DNA of 32,000 bases from Wolbachia endosymbiont strain TRS of Brugia malayi. GTDB lineage: Bacteria; Pseudomonadota; Alphaproteobacteria; Rickettsiales; Anaplasmataceae. The position numbers were made by a program, and so were the translations under genes. Below the pieces are notes generated by a model that saw nothing but the letters and a program-made list of their open reading frames with translations, did not search any database and was not told the DNA's origin. Shown piece by piece: positions 8,826-17,934 of this stretch (its first letter is position 1; every line of letters starts with the position of its first letter). The DNA lies in NCBI RefSeq assembly GCF_000008385.1, contig NC_006833.1, positions 1 through 32,000 on the forward strand, read 5' to 3'.

Positions 8826-9710
8826 GTGAAAGAACAAAAATGCTTATTTGTCACCATAGCAGGTTTACCAAATGCAGGGAAGTCCACACTAATTAACAGC
8901 ATCACTGGTAAGAAAATTGCAATCGTTACTCCCAAAGTGCAAACAACGAGAACGCAAATAAGGGGTATTGCAATATATAATGAGACACAAATTATCTTTA
9001 CTGACTCTCCAGGGATATTTTCAGCGGAAACAAAACTTGAGAAAGCTCTGGTCAAATCTGCGTGGTCGGCAATCAAGGGCGATGACGTCATTTTGTTGCT
9101 TATTGATGCGAGCAGTTATTTAAAAAACATAGAAAGAATCAAAACCATATTCACACGGCTGCGGCACACGAAAACGAAGTGCATTTTTGTTATCAATAAA
9201 ATTGATCTGGTAAAAAAACCTGAGCTAAAGATGACGTATAAACATCTGGATTTGCTTTATAAATTAAAAAAAATTTTTACAATATCAGCATTAAAGAGTG
9301 ATGGACTTTCTGATCTGATGGATTACTTATCTGAAGTTGCACCGGTAAGTCCTTGGTTTTATGGAGAAGATCAGGTAACCGATTCCTCGACGAGTTTTTT
9401 GTCAGCGGAAATCACAAGGGAAAAATTGTTCTTGAATTTGCGTGAAGAATTGCCATATTCTACAGCTGTTATAACTGAACAATTTGAAGAGAAAAAAGAT
9501 GAAAGTTTGGTCATAAAGCAGGTAATATTTGTGCTGAAAGATAGTCATAAAAAAATAGTGCTAGGGAAGGGTGGGAGTAATATTAAAAAAATTGGCATCG
9601 AAGCGCGCATTGAATTAGAAAAGTTATTTGAGCGTAAAGTTCATCTGTTTTTGTTTGTGAAAGTGCGACCTTGGACTGATCGCCCAGAGGAGTATATAGA
9701 CGATGTTTAA
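8826..9710 (+). CDS. era: GTPase Era
   Basis: 294 aa. G1 GLPNAGKST, G3 DSPG and G4 NKID motifs, plus a C-terminal KH region (VLGKGGSNIKKIG). GTG start per the track. The stop overlaps the next gene's ATG by 8 nt (atgtttaa). Confidence 0.93.
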   Translation: MKEQKCLFVTIAGLPNAGKSTLINSITGKKIAIVTPKVQTTRTQIRGIAIYNETQIIFTDSPGIFSAETKLEKALVKSAWSAIKGDDVILLLIDASSYLKNIERIKTIFTRLRHTKTKCIFVINKIDLVKKPELKMTYKHLDLLYKLKKIFTISALKSDGLSDLMDYLSEVAPVSPWFYGEDQVTDSSTSFLSAEITREKLFLNLREELPYSTAVITEQFEEKKDESLVIKQVIFVLKDSHKKIVLGKGGSNIKKIGIEARIELEKLFERKVHLFLFVKVRPWTDRPEEYIDDV

Positions 9711-10530
9711 TTCTTTGTTGGTATTTGATATTGAGACTATACCAGATGTAAACTCCTGCAGGAATTTGCTCAATATTAGTGATGATAGTAGCTTAAAAGA
9801 GAAGAGAAACGCATTAACAAAATATCATCTTGAAATAACAAACGGACAAAACCCTTTTCTGCGTCAGCCCTTCCACCAAGTTATAGTTATCAGTTTTTTA
9901 CTTTGTAGTGTAACCTATCAAAGTAATTATGAGGTATTTACCCTTCAGGAAATTAGATCTGAAGGCACACTAGATTCCAGTGAAAAGGAACTGGTAAAAG
10001 GATTTTTTAACTGCGTATCGGAGAAAAAACCAAGGCTAATTTCTTTTAATGGACGCACTTTTGACATACCGGTGCTAAAATATCGTGCTATGGTCCATGA
10101 CGTTCAAGCGGAATATTTTCATAAAGCTGGTGATAAGTGGAATAGCTACAATCAAAGATATAGTAGTAATTGGCATTGTGATTTGCTTGAATCTCTCTCT
10201 GATTTTGGAGCCTTTGCTAGAGTAAAAATGAATGAAGTTTGTGCAGTGTTTAATCTTCCTGGTAAAATTGGAGTTGACGGGTCACAAGTTGTAGATTTGT
10301 ATGATAGTGGTAGAATACAGGAAATTCGAGATTATTGTGAAACAGACGTAGTTAACACTTATTTGATTTACTTGAGATTTATGCATCATCAAGGGAGAAT
10401 CACTACTCGAAGCTACAACAAAAATATAGAAGAGCTGCTTTTGGAATGTGAAAAAAAAGCGCACCTAAGAAAGTTTAAAGAGGAGTGGGAAATAACTTGT
10501 GGTGGAAGGTTTTGTGTTGAGTTTAAATGA
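9703..10530 (+). CDS. predicted 3'-5' exonuclease related to the PolB exonuclease domain (COG3298-type)
   Basis: 275 aa. ExoI-like LVFDIETIPD, ExoII-like SFNGRTFDIPVLKYR and ExoIII-like IRDYCETDVVNTYLIYL. Probably translationally coupled to era through the 8-nt overlap. Confidence 0.8.
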   Translation: MFNSLLVFDIETIPDVNSCRNLLNISDDSSLKEKRNALTKYHLEITNGQNPFLRQPFHQVIVISFLLCSVTYQSNYEVFTLQEIRSEGTLDSSEKELVKGFFNCVSEKKPRLISFNGRTFDIPVLKYRAMVHDVQAEYFHKAGDKWNSYNQRYSSNWHCDLLESLSDFGAFARVKMNEVCAVFNLPGKIGVDGSQVVDLYDSGRIQEIRDYCETDVVNTYLIYLRFMHHQGRITTRSYNKNIEELLLECEKKAHLRKFKEEWEITCGGRFCVEFK

Positions 10531-10660
10531 GCGCAAGCATACGAAGCAGTTATTAGATTGCTCCTTAATAATAGCTGTCAACCTATTGTAATAGATAAAG
10601 AGTTTTCATGTTGCTTGACTTTTACTTACTCAATCTGAAAAGAAGTTTTATATTTGTTTT

Positions 10661-11786
10661 TTATTTCCTCAAAAAAGTTCGATCCATCTGAAATATAACT
10701 CCATGTATTGGCAGCATAGTGTTGAACCTTGCCAAGGGCCTTAGAGTTAATATGTTTAGTATCAATAGGATAGTAGAAAAGAGATACGTCATTATTTGAC
10801 TGGAATTACTCTTGTCTGTTCTATAGATAGCTTCATGATGACCATCTATTGTATAAATGTGGTACTCTTCTGATGCTGATACTCTTAGTTGTACACCTAC
10901 ATAAGCGTAGCCAAGGAGACCAGATGACACTCTAGCACTGGACCTTGTCTGTGTTGAGTTATTCTAATGGTTTCATCCTGAAGAACTTTATTATAAAATT
11001 CACTAGCCAGTAAGGTCAAAAAACCTTGGGTTACCAAAAGTTGCAACGTGCGGCTATCTTAGTAACAGCCCCTTCCATACTGTAGCCTGTAAGATTAATT
11101 TTAAAATCTTTAATTTTTGATCCTTGCTTTTCAGCATGAGCTTTTAAAGCGCCATAAAGATTATGGCTATGAACTATAAATGAGTTGTAAAGACCGCGGT
11201 GAATTCCATCTTCATGTAGAAGTTCTGGAGTAATAAAAGATCCATTTAGATGAGTAATTACATCATTTAAGCTCCATAGGCCATATTTTAAACGAGTGCC
11301 GTTGGTAAGCTATAGTTATTTCATTATCTTTATAAAAACATGATCAACGTCTTTTTTAAAGCTATTACTAAGTTAAATAATTTTGTAACCTTCACTTTCA
11401 AATTCAGCTTTAGTTTTATACATTTTTTCATTTTCAAGAATTACAAAATCTTCCTCATTTCCATTAAAAAGATCATCATTACAAACTGAAGATTTATAAC
11501 TTTTTTCGCTTAATTGATTATCGTTATTACCGTAAATTATTTTACAGAAATTACTCATTTCAATAATTTCTCTTTAATTGAACCCTGCAATTTCTACAAT
11601 ACTTTCATCTATTTGGTAAGAAGAAGATAAAGAATATATTTTATTTGAATTGCGAAGACTTATAAACTCATCAATAATCTCAAACTCATCATCATCTTCT
11701 ATTATAGATTCTGTGATCCGATCGTTATTTTTTGAATTTGTACTGCCTGCAGTACTAAATCAATTGTGAGAGAAACTAAAATCCAT
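10661..11786 (-). pseudogene. class-3 lipase-domain protein, multiply disrupted
   Basis: Minus-strand reading gives: MDFSFSHN*..ESIIEDDDEFEIIDEF.. / MSNFCKIIYGNN..(61-aa track ORF) / LTNGTRLKYGLWSLNDVITHLNGSFITPELLHEDGIHRGLYNSFIVHSHNLYGALKAHAEKQGSKIKDFKINLTGYSMEGAVTKIAARCNFW* / GNPRFFDLTGSEFYNKVLQDETIRITQHRQGPV / the 89-aa track ORF. The HRG(F/L)Y, degenerate nucleophile elbow TGYSMEGA (consensus GHSLGGA) and FGNPR blocks follow class-3 lipase order. Several stops and frameshifts. Confidence 0.65.
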
Positions 11787-12018
11787 ACATTTAGAACTAA
11801 ACAATATTACTTAACTATACTATAAATTGATATTGCTGTTAGTAACTATTATTACTATTCTAGTAAATAATAAAATATTTTATTGTCTAATCATAGAAAA
11901 ATTTTACTTCCATGGAATGAATATTGGGGTTATAACATGGGTGACAAATGAAAAACCTCTATGCTAAATTTTAGTTAACGTGCATATTGGAAATATTAAA
12001 AAAGTTGTTTTTGAGGTA

Positions 12019-12047
12019 TTGCATTTTGTTTTTGTTTTAGCTATAAG
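12019..12047 (+). promoter_or_regulatory. candidate sigma-70-type promoter for the 652-aa gene
   Basis: TTGCAT, a 17-nt spacer, then TATAAG, about 80 nt upstream of the ATG at 12128. AT-rich background makes chance matches common. Confidence 0.3.
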
Positions 12048-12127
12048 GTTGCTTTAAGTTGAGTTTTCAACGTTTTTGTACTATTTACGTTTAAGATAAT
12101 GATTTTGAAATTTTTTGGGGGCACTTC

Positions 12128-14086
12128 ATGAAAAAATTTACTTACACTAGAACTGCTCTAGCTTCTTTATTAACTTTATGTTCTTTCAGCGGTTTTGCTG
12201 CTGACTCTTTTAATGAAGGTATGAAGGGAGTAAAAAAGCAAGAGAACATAAAGTCAATCACAACTTCTGAAAAAATGGAAGTTATGAAGACATCAAACAA
12301 AAGGCTAAAAGAGAAAATGGACAGGATATGTAATGCTGATCCAAGAAAAAAAGCTGAAGAGCTTAAGAAGAAAGAGGAGCTCAAGTTAGCAGCTGAGAAA
12401 AAGAAAGAGGAACTAGCTGAGAAGAAAAGAAAGGAGACGAAGCTAGCAAGTGAAAAGAAAGCGAAACCTTTAGATGCTAAGAACTCTAATGTAGAGAGTT
12501 CAAAGACTAGGGGTACAGAAACTCAGAAAGCTAGAGATGTAAAGAAGAATTTTAAGAAAGATGTAAAAATTGTTGGTCAAAATGCAGAAAAAAAAGGTGA
12601 AGCAAGCCCTGTTATCTTGGTCGGTGGCGTTGATGTTATTGACACTAACCAAGGAACAAGTGGTTTGAAAATAACTTTTGGTGGTGTTGTTGATGCTCAA
12701 GGTTATGGTAAAGCTGGACCAAGTGGTGAAGATTATAAACATTATAATGTTATGTCGGGCAAATCTACAGGTTACTATGAGGATATTTCGGACAAGGTAA
12801 AAGGAGCAAATCCAATATTTCCTAGCGGGATAGGAAATATTGGTGATTATAGCGAAGACATAGATATGATTGCAGATGCAATATTACATTTAAGAGCAGA
12901 AGATAAAAATGAAGATAAAGGTCTTCTTTATGGTGCTGATGTGCAATTCCAAGTTCCAGTGACAGAAGGCAAAGGGGCTTCACAGGGTGTTCGTGCTACA
13001 AGGGGTAGAAGTGCACATGTGTTTTTAAGTTCGAGATATGGTGACTTGAAACTTGGTTATCAGTTTGGTCCTGAGGCCCTGATGAGGCTTGATGCAACAA
13101 GGATTGCAACTATTGACGGAGCTGCAGATAGTGACTGGTTCAGAAAAGTGAACTTGGAAGGAAGTGCTGCAAGCTTTCCATTTTATGTAACACCACGTCT
13201 TTACACTGAAAGTTTCTCAAGCGAAAGTGAAAAACTTTCTTTCCGTATGGCAGGGAAATATCATAAAAACGTTATGACTACATTACCATTTAGATTTGCT
13301 TACTACTCACCAAATTATATGGGGGCAAGATTTGGTGTTAGCTACTCACCTCGCTATGACAGTAATTTGTTTGTTATAAAGGATGGTGATAACATAAAAC
13401 ATGTTGGTCCAGACTATGAGCACATAGTAAGTGCTGGTGCATCATATGAATATGACTTTAGCGAACGTAAGGTAAAAGTTAAAGTTGCTGCAGTTGGTGA
13501 ATATGGTCAAGCAAAAGAACCAGACAGTACTAAGTATGCTTATAAGGAATATGTGGAGTATAATGATCTGATGGGTGTTAATTTAGGTATAAGTGCTGAC
13601 TGTAATATTAATGAAGATCAAGGTGTAAAATTTGCTGCCTCCTTTGCATATTTGGGCAAATCTGGTCAACCAAAGGGTATTGAAAAATTGGTTGGTAATG
13701 TCTATCAAAAAATTGATGGTAAAGGTGTTACTGATGATGACAAGAGAGTGAAAGAACTCGAAGATCAATTTAAAGGAGATGATAAAAATACTATGTATTG
13801 GACTGCAGGAGCTGGTTATCAACATGAGAATTTCTACATAAGCTTGACATACTTTGGTAGTAAGATGAGTGATGGAGATAAGCTTCACGATGTTGCATTT
13901 GGTATTCAGTATGATCTCTCTCCTGCTTCCAGTAAGGGCAAGTTTGTTCCTTATGCATCTCTCCATTATTTTAAAACTGATGAGAAGCAAGGTGGTGGGT
14001 ATAAGATTACAAAAAAAGATAGTTCAGGCATAGCACCTTCTAACCAAGGGGTTCTCTTCCTTACTGGTATGAAATTTTCTTTCTAA
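12128..14086 (+). CDS. outer-membrane beta-barrel (porin-like) protein with a Lys/Glu-rich N-terminal extension
   Basis: 652 aa. Signal peptide MKKFTYTRTALASLLTLCSFSGFA|ADSF. Residues ~60-165 are a KE-rich low-complexity or coiled segment (KKAEELKKKEELKLAAEKKKEELAEKKRKE). The C-terminal ~450 aa show alternating Y/G-rich amphipathic strands and end in the OMP-type terminus LTGMKFSF. Confidence 0.8.
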   Translation: MKKFTYTRTALASLLTLCSFSGFAADSFNEGMKGVKKQENIKSITTSEKMEVMKTSNKRLKEKMDRICNADPRKKAEELKKKEELKLAAEKKKEELAEKKRKETKLASEKKAKPLDAKNSNVESSKTRGTETQKARDVKKNFKKDVKIVGQNAEKKGEASPVILVGGVDVIDTNQGTSGLKITFGGVVDAQGYGKAGPSGEDYKHYNVMSGKSTGYYEDISDKVKGANPIFPSGIGNIGDYSEDIDMIADAILHLRAEDKNEDKGLLYGADVQFQVPVTEGKGASQGVRATRGRSAHVFLSSRYGDLKLGYQFGPEALMRLDATRIATIDGAADSDWFRKVNLEGSAASFPFYVTPRLYTESFSSESEKLSFRMAGKYHKNVMTTLPFRFAYYSPNYMGARFGVSYSPRYDSNLFVIKDGDNIKHVGPDYEHIVSAGASYEYDFSERKVKVKVAAVGEYGQAKEPDSTKYAYKEYVEYNDLMGVNLGISADCNINEDQGVKFAASFAYLGKSGQPKGIEKLVGNVYQKIDGKGVTDDDKRVKELEDQFKGDDKNTMYWTAGAGYQHENFYISLTYFGSKMSDGDKLHDVAFGIQYDLSPASSKGKFVPYASLHYFKTDEKQGGGYKITKKDSSGIAPSNQGVLFLTGMKFSF

Positions 14087-14095
14087 TTGAATAAT

Positions 14096-14123
14096 ACACA
14101 CCACAGCTGTGGTGTGTATTTTC
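14096..14123 (+). terminator. rho-independent terminator
   Basis: Perfect 11+11 palindrome acacaccacag/ctgtggtgtgt located 10 nt after the stop codon, followed by attttc. Confidence 0.6.
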
Positions 14124-14155
14124 AGTGTCATCTATTTAGGCTTTCAGGGTTATTT

Positions 14156-14480
14156 ATGTTGAAAAATTTTTCAATATATGTACAATAGGTTAAAATGAAA
14201 GTAACGATATCATGGATATAACAGTGGATCTTGATAGGGGGTTTGAGGAAATAGTACAATCTTGTTCCATGCTGCAACAAATCGAGCACTGGGCCAGAGT
14301 TAGTCAAAACCATGAACTAAGCTATAACGTCATTTAGGTATTAGGGGTGCTAACTCAAGGAAGTGTAACGTGTTATCATCTTAACAGCTCTTTTTAGCAG
14401 TTGTGAATTGCCATTCTAGTGGTTTTTTTATCAAGGTAGATGATATTGGAATCTGAAAAATAACAATAAGCTCGTTGGCG
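14156..14480 (+). pseudogene. truncated, degraded remnant resembling GTA g12-type protein (DUF2460 / TIGR02217)
   Basis: Multi-frame reading gives ..ISWI*..RGFEEIVQSCSMLQQIEHWARVSQNHELSYNVI* / LGIRGANSRKCNVLSS*QLFLAVVNCHSSGFFIKVDDIG. This loosely tracks the N-terminal consensus (..TEIV.L.SG.EQRN..W..S.R.Y..G.GVR..DDL..V..FF.AR.GR..GFR.KD..D). Its position directly upstream of a g13-like remnant supports the call. Weak on its own. Confidence 0.35.
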
Positions 14481-14511
14481 TAATTTTTTCATATGAAAAC
14501 AAGAGGTAGCT

Positions 14512-15318
14512 ATGCAACCCACATTAAAAAAACATTTAGCTGGAGGGTTACTTACCATCGCTACATGCTGGAAATTGACGCTTGTTGATGGAAAAGTAAT
14601 GAGGTTCACTGGTTATGATGAGGGTTTAAATATCAGTAATATACTCTATAAATCTTCAAGTGGATTCACAACCAGTAGTATAGTATTAAACAGCGACTTA
14701 AAGACTGATAACCTGGGAATAAAGGAATGTTAAATGGTGATGATATTAAGGAAGGAGAGTTTTATCAGGAAAGTACGACTTTGCAAATATTGAGATATTT
14801 CTTGTAAATTACAAAGATGTGGGTCAAGGGAAATGAATCTACATTCGGAACTTTTGATAAAGTAACATTAGATAGTGGGTAATTTATTGTTGAAATAGAG
14901 AATTCTCAGCAAAGCTTGAGAGGGAACATAGCAAAGTTATATTCTCCTATGTGCAGAACGCAATTTTGTGATAGTAGCTGTAAAGCTGATGCTAGGAAAT
15001 TTAGCAGAGTAAGTACGATTACTAAAGTGATAGACGAAAAAAGATTTGAAGACCTAATTTAACTGAGAGCAATGGGTGTTATAAGCATAGAATAGTGAAA
15101 TTTTTTGGCTCAGTAGCATATACAGCATTTGAAGGTGCGATAAAGAGTATAGAAAAAAGTAGTTACATTGTTTGCTTTGCCTACATGCAAAATTTTTGCT
15201 GGTGATAAATGTTCGATACTTACAGATTGCGATAAAACATTTTCAACGTGCAAAAGCAGATTTAACAATGCTGTAAGTTTTTCGTGGTAAACCTTATATA
15301 CCTGGTTTTTACAGTTAA
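14512..15318 (+). pseudogene. phage/GTA protein of the DUF2163 + BR0599 family (RcGTA g13-like), multiply frameshifted
   Basis: The track ORF MQPTLKKHLAGGLLTIATCWKLTLVDGKVMRFTGYDEGL matches the family N-terminus (L..HL....TTLA.CW.L.R.DG...GFT.HD). Later frames give SGKYDFANIEIFLVNYKDVGQG, FGTFDKVTLDSG*FIVEIENSQQSLRGNIAKLYSPMCRTQFCDSSCK, and the C-terminal FAGDKCSILTDCDKTFSTCKSRFNNAVSF/RGKPYIPGFYS* (consensus GCDK.F.TC..KF.N..NFRGFP.IPG). Confidence 0.7.
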
Positions 15319-15358
15319 ACTTGTTCAGTGGCATAATTTTCACTATTATAAGTAGTGT

Positions 15359-15444
15359 GGAAAGGTGGCTGAGTGGTCTAAAGCACACGCTTGGAAAGCG
15401 TACACATATGAAATATGTCGGGGGTTCGAATCCCCCCTTTTCCG
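15359..15444 (+). tRNA. tRNA-Ser (anticodon GGA)
   Basis: Hand-folded cloverleaf. Acceptor ggaaagg/cttttcc (one G-U pair). Anticodon arm acgc-ttGGAaa-gcgt with U33 and A37. Long variable arm (cacatatgaaatatgtc). T arm ggggg-ttcgaat-ccccc. Discriminator G. CCA is not encoded. Confidence 0.9.
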
Positions 15445-15490
15445 TTGACTTTTATCATATAATCTCACATAATATGCATGTGAGAAAAAT

Positions 15491-16580
15491 ATGGACTGGA
15501 AAAATTTTCATCTTAGTATGCCCCTTGACCTAGGGGCACCTGTAATGAGCAAGTATATGAGTTGATTACTGCAATTGACGGTGTTAAAAATAGCTGGTAA
15601 ATAACAAAAAACACTACCACACGCTATTGAAAGATTAGTCCACTTGGTTATTGTTATATCTTCTGGTGCTTCTAACCGTATTGAAGGGGACAGCCTAACC
15701 GATAAAGAAGTTGAGGATCTGTATGAAAACCTACGTATTAGAAAATTTAAAAATAGGGATGAGCAAAAAGTTGCTGGCTACTTAGAAATGCTTAAACTAA
15801 TATTTCATGATTATGTGAATATTCCAATTAGTAAGTCATTAATATTGCACGTCAACAACCAGATGGTACTCTATAGTGATAAGGACCTATACATAGGGGG
15901 GAAAATATAAAACAAGCCCTAATAGAGTTGAGGTAAAAAATCAGAATGAAAATATAGTTGGTATAGTTCTTGGCCCTACACCTCCTTATCTTGTTAAAAA
16001 AGAAGTACAGGGGTTTATTAATTAATATCACTGATCCTTAAATAATAGACTTTAAACATCCTCTTATTATTGTTGCTAACTTTATTTTTGAATATTTGGC
16101 AATACATCCTTTTCAAGATGGGAATGGTATATAACTAGTAGATTAATAACTAATTTAATGCTATTGCAGTAGGATTATGGCTTTGTATCTACTGTGCACA
16201 TGAAAAGGTAATTGAAACTAACAAACTTGGTTACTATTTAGCGCTTAATAAAATATAAAGCGTTAGAAAAGTAATAAAAAAGATATCTTCCTATAGTTGA
16301 TATTTTTTCTCAACATACTTAAAACTCAAGCAAGTGAGGCGCATTGTATTCTTGAGAGAGAAAATACTGAATATTTATTATCACAAAAACAATTGCTCTT
16401 CTGGAAATGGGCACTTGGTCTTGTAGATAAGAAATTTAGTAGAAAAATGCCATAGAAGCTCTAGGATTTCCTTCAAGAACAGTAGAGGAAATTATAAAAA
16501 GACTACTAGATATGAAATATTTGCAGTGCCTTGGAGAATGCAAAATTACTAGGTTTAGAGTAAAAGTTTTAGCTATTTAA
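15491..16580 (+). pseudogene. Fic/DOC family protein, heavily disrupted
   Basis: MDWKNFHLSMPLDLGAPVMSKYMS* is followed by the 88-aa track ORF (..SSGASNRIEGDSLTDKEVEDL..). Next comes YKTSPNRVEVKNQNENIVGIVLGPTPPYLVKKEV, then HPLIIVANFIFEYLAIHPFQDGNG followed by a stop. The core Fic motif HPFxDGNG lies at 16105-16128. C-terminal winged-helix-like remnants run to 16580. More than 6 stops or frameshifts. Confidence 0.7.
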
Positions 16581-16617
16581 AATTTCTAGTCTATTTATAT
16601 TACTATGTGAAAAAACT

Positions 16618-17880
16618 TCACCAATCGACTTTTTTATCTTCGGTTTTAATTTGCAATACATATATTAAGCTAATCAATGCACACATGGTAAGGTAAAAAC
16701 CTGCTGCAAGCTCTGTTTCAGTTTTTTCTATAAGCCACATACATATGGATGGAGAAATTCCGCCAAAAATTCCTGCAGATATATTATGTGCTAGGCTAAA
16801 GCCCGTACACCTAACTTTCGTTGGAAGTAACTCGCAAACAAGAGAATTGTATATTCCAAAAGATGCACCTATCGGTATGCTTATTAATAGAAAAGTGAGT
16901 GTTACAATATAGTGATTGTCATATGATAGTAGCGAAAACGCTGGTAACCCAGCGCAGGCTAAAGCTATTAATATAAGAACCATCACATTTTTTCTTCCGA
17001 CTTTATCAGATAATATTGCGAACAGCACTGCAGATGTCCCAAATGTAATTTCAACTGTAATCCTTACTACATTTTTAATATCAATGCCTGAAAGGATAAG
17101 CTCTTTTACAGATATGTTGTAAAACATGATTGCTGAGTAGACAATTGCATTTTGGGCGATACCAAGCCCAATTGCTATCATAAATGCCTTTTTATAGCTC
17201 CTGATTAGTTCCAAAAATGGAGAATTAGATAAGCTTTTATTTTGGTCATGAGTCTTGTACGCTAAGCTTTCTTCCATTATGTATCTTGTTAAAAAACCTA
17301 TTACACCCATAATAGAGCAGAAATAGAAAAGCAACCTCCATCCCCAAATTTCATAATTTTCACCTGTAAATTTTTTAACAATGGCTATCATTAAAAAGCA
17401 TGTAATGGAACCAAGGGCGCCGCTGAAAGCTTTCATGCTACCTAAAAACCCTAGATCTTTTTTATCACTTGAATGTTCTATTAAAAAAGCTGAGTTAATA
17501 CTTGTTTCTCCACCAGCTGCTGTTCCTTGTACTATTCTGCAAAGCAAAAGCAATATAGGGGAGAGTATTCCTATTTCTTTAAAATCTGGTATGACTGCAA
17601 TTGCAGTAGATGATATCGAAACTAATATTACAGAAGTTAGCAAAACTTTCCTTCTACCGTACTTATCTCCGATGTAGCCAAAAATAAATGCACCGAGTGG
17701 CCTAAATCCAAACCCGACTGCAAAACTGCCAAGAAATTTGATTGTGCTTAAATAATCACTTTCCGAAGGAAAGAAAACATTGCTTATTATGTGTGTTAAG
17801 ACTCCAAATAGAGTTAATTCATACCATACAATCATATTGCAGATTATACCTGATAGTATTGCTTTTTGAATATTATTCAT
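16618..17880 (-). CDS. MFS transporter, metabolite:H+ symporter (ProP-like) family
   Basis: 420 aa with ~12 TM segments. Contains GYIGDKYGRRKVLL and LLCRIVQGTAAGGE motifs typical of the MHS/ProP subfamily. The substrate cannot be inferred. Confidence 0.85.
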   Translation of the reverse strand: MNNIQKAILSGIICNMIVWYELTLFGVLTHIISNVFFPSESDYLSTIKFLGSFAVGFGFRPLGAFIFGYIGDKYGRRKVLLTSVILVSISSTAIAVIPDFKEIGILSPILLLLCRIVQGTAAGGETSINSAFLIEHSSDKKDLGFLGSMKAFSGALGSITCFLMIAIVKKFTGENYEIWGWRLLFYFCSIMGVIGFLTRYIMEESLAYKTHDQNKSLSNSPFLELIRSYKKAFMIAIGLGIAQNAIVYSAIMFYNISVKELILSGIDIKNVVRITVEITFGTSAVLFAILSDKVGRKNVMVLILIALACAGLPAFSLLSYDNHYIVTLTFLLISIPIGASFGIYNSLVCELLPTKVRCTGFSLAHNISAGIFGGISPSICMWLIEKTETELAAGFYLTMCALISLIYVLQIKTEDKKVDW

Positions 17881-17934
17881 GATTTTTAATTTGTTATAGT
17901 ATATTGTTGATTGGTATACTTCGTTATGGAATTT

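Noticed and set aside
10661-10930. 89-aa track ORF, and 11373-11558 (61 aa), considered as independent genes.
   Set aside because: Both are pieces of the same disrupted lipase-domain reading and are better described as one pseudogene.
13583-13990. 135-aa minus-strand ORF inside the porin-like gene. Also 12142-12384, 12500-12742, 16916-17122, 17381-17677, 18231-18422, 18572-18871, 20646-20978, 22216-22461, 23281-23514, 23752-23952, 24647-24901, 26118-26411 and 30804-30998.
   Set aside because: All are embedded in, and out of frame with or antisense to, strongly supported genes. They are low-complexity translations without motifs.
14128-14609. Minus-strand ORFs 14128-14313 and 14394-14609.
   Set aside because: They are antisense to the g12/g13-like remnants. 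They have no motifs, and the plus-strand reading has recognisable homology blocks.
15464-15484. Hairpin ctcacat-aatatgc-atgtgag just after the tRNA, considered as a terminator.
   Set aside because: No U-tract follows on either strand. It may be incidental or related to tRNA 3' processing or the Fic 5' region. It is not annotated as a feature.
15110-15533. ORFs 15110-15388 (-) and 15321-15533 (+).
   Set aside because: Both run across the tRNA-Ser gene and the g13-like C-terminus. They are artefacts of the ORF caller.
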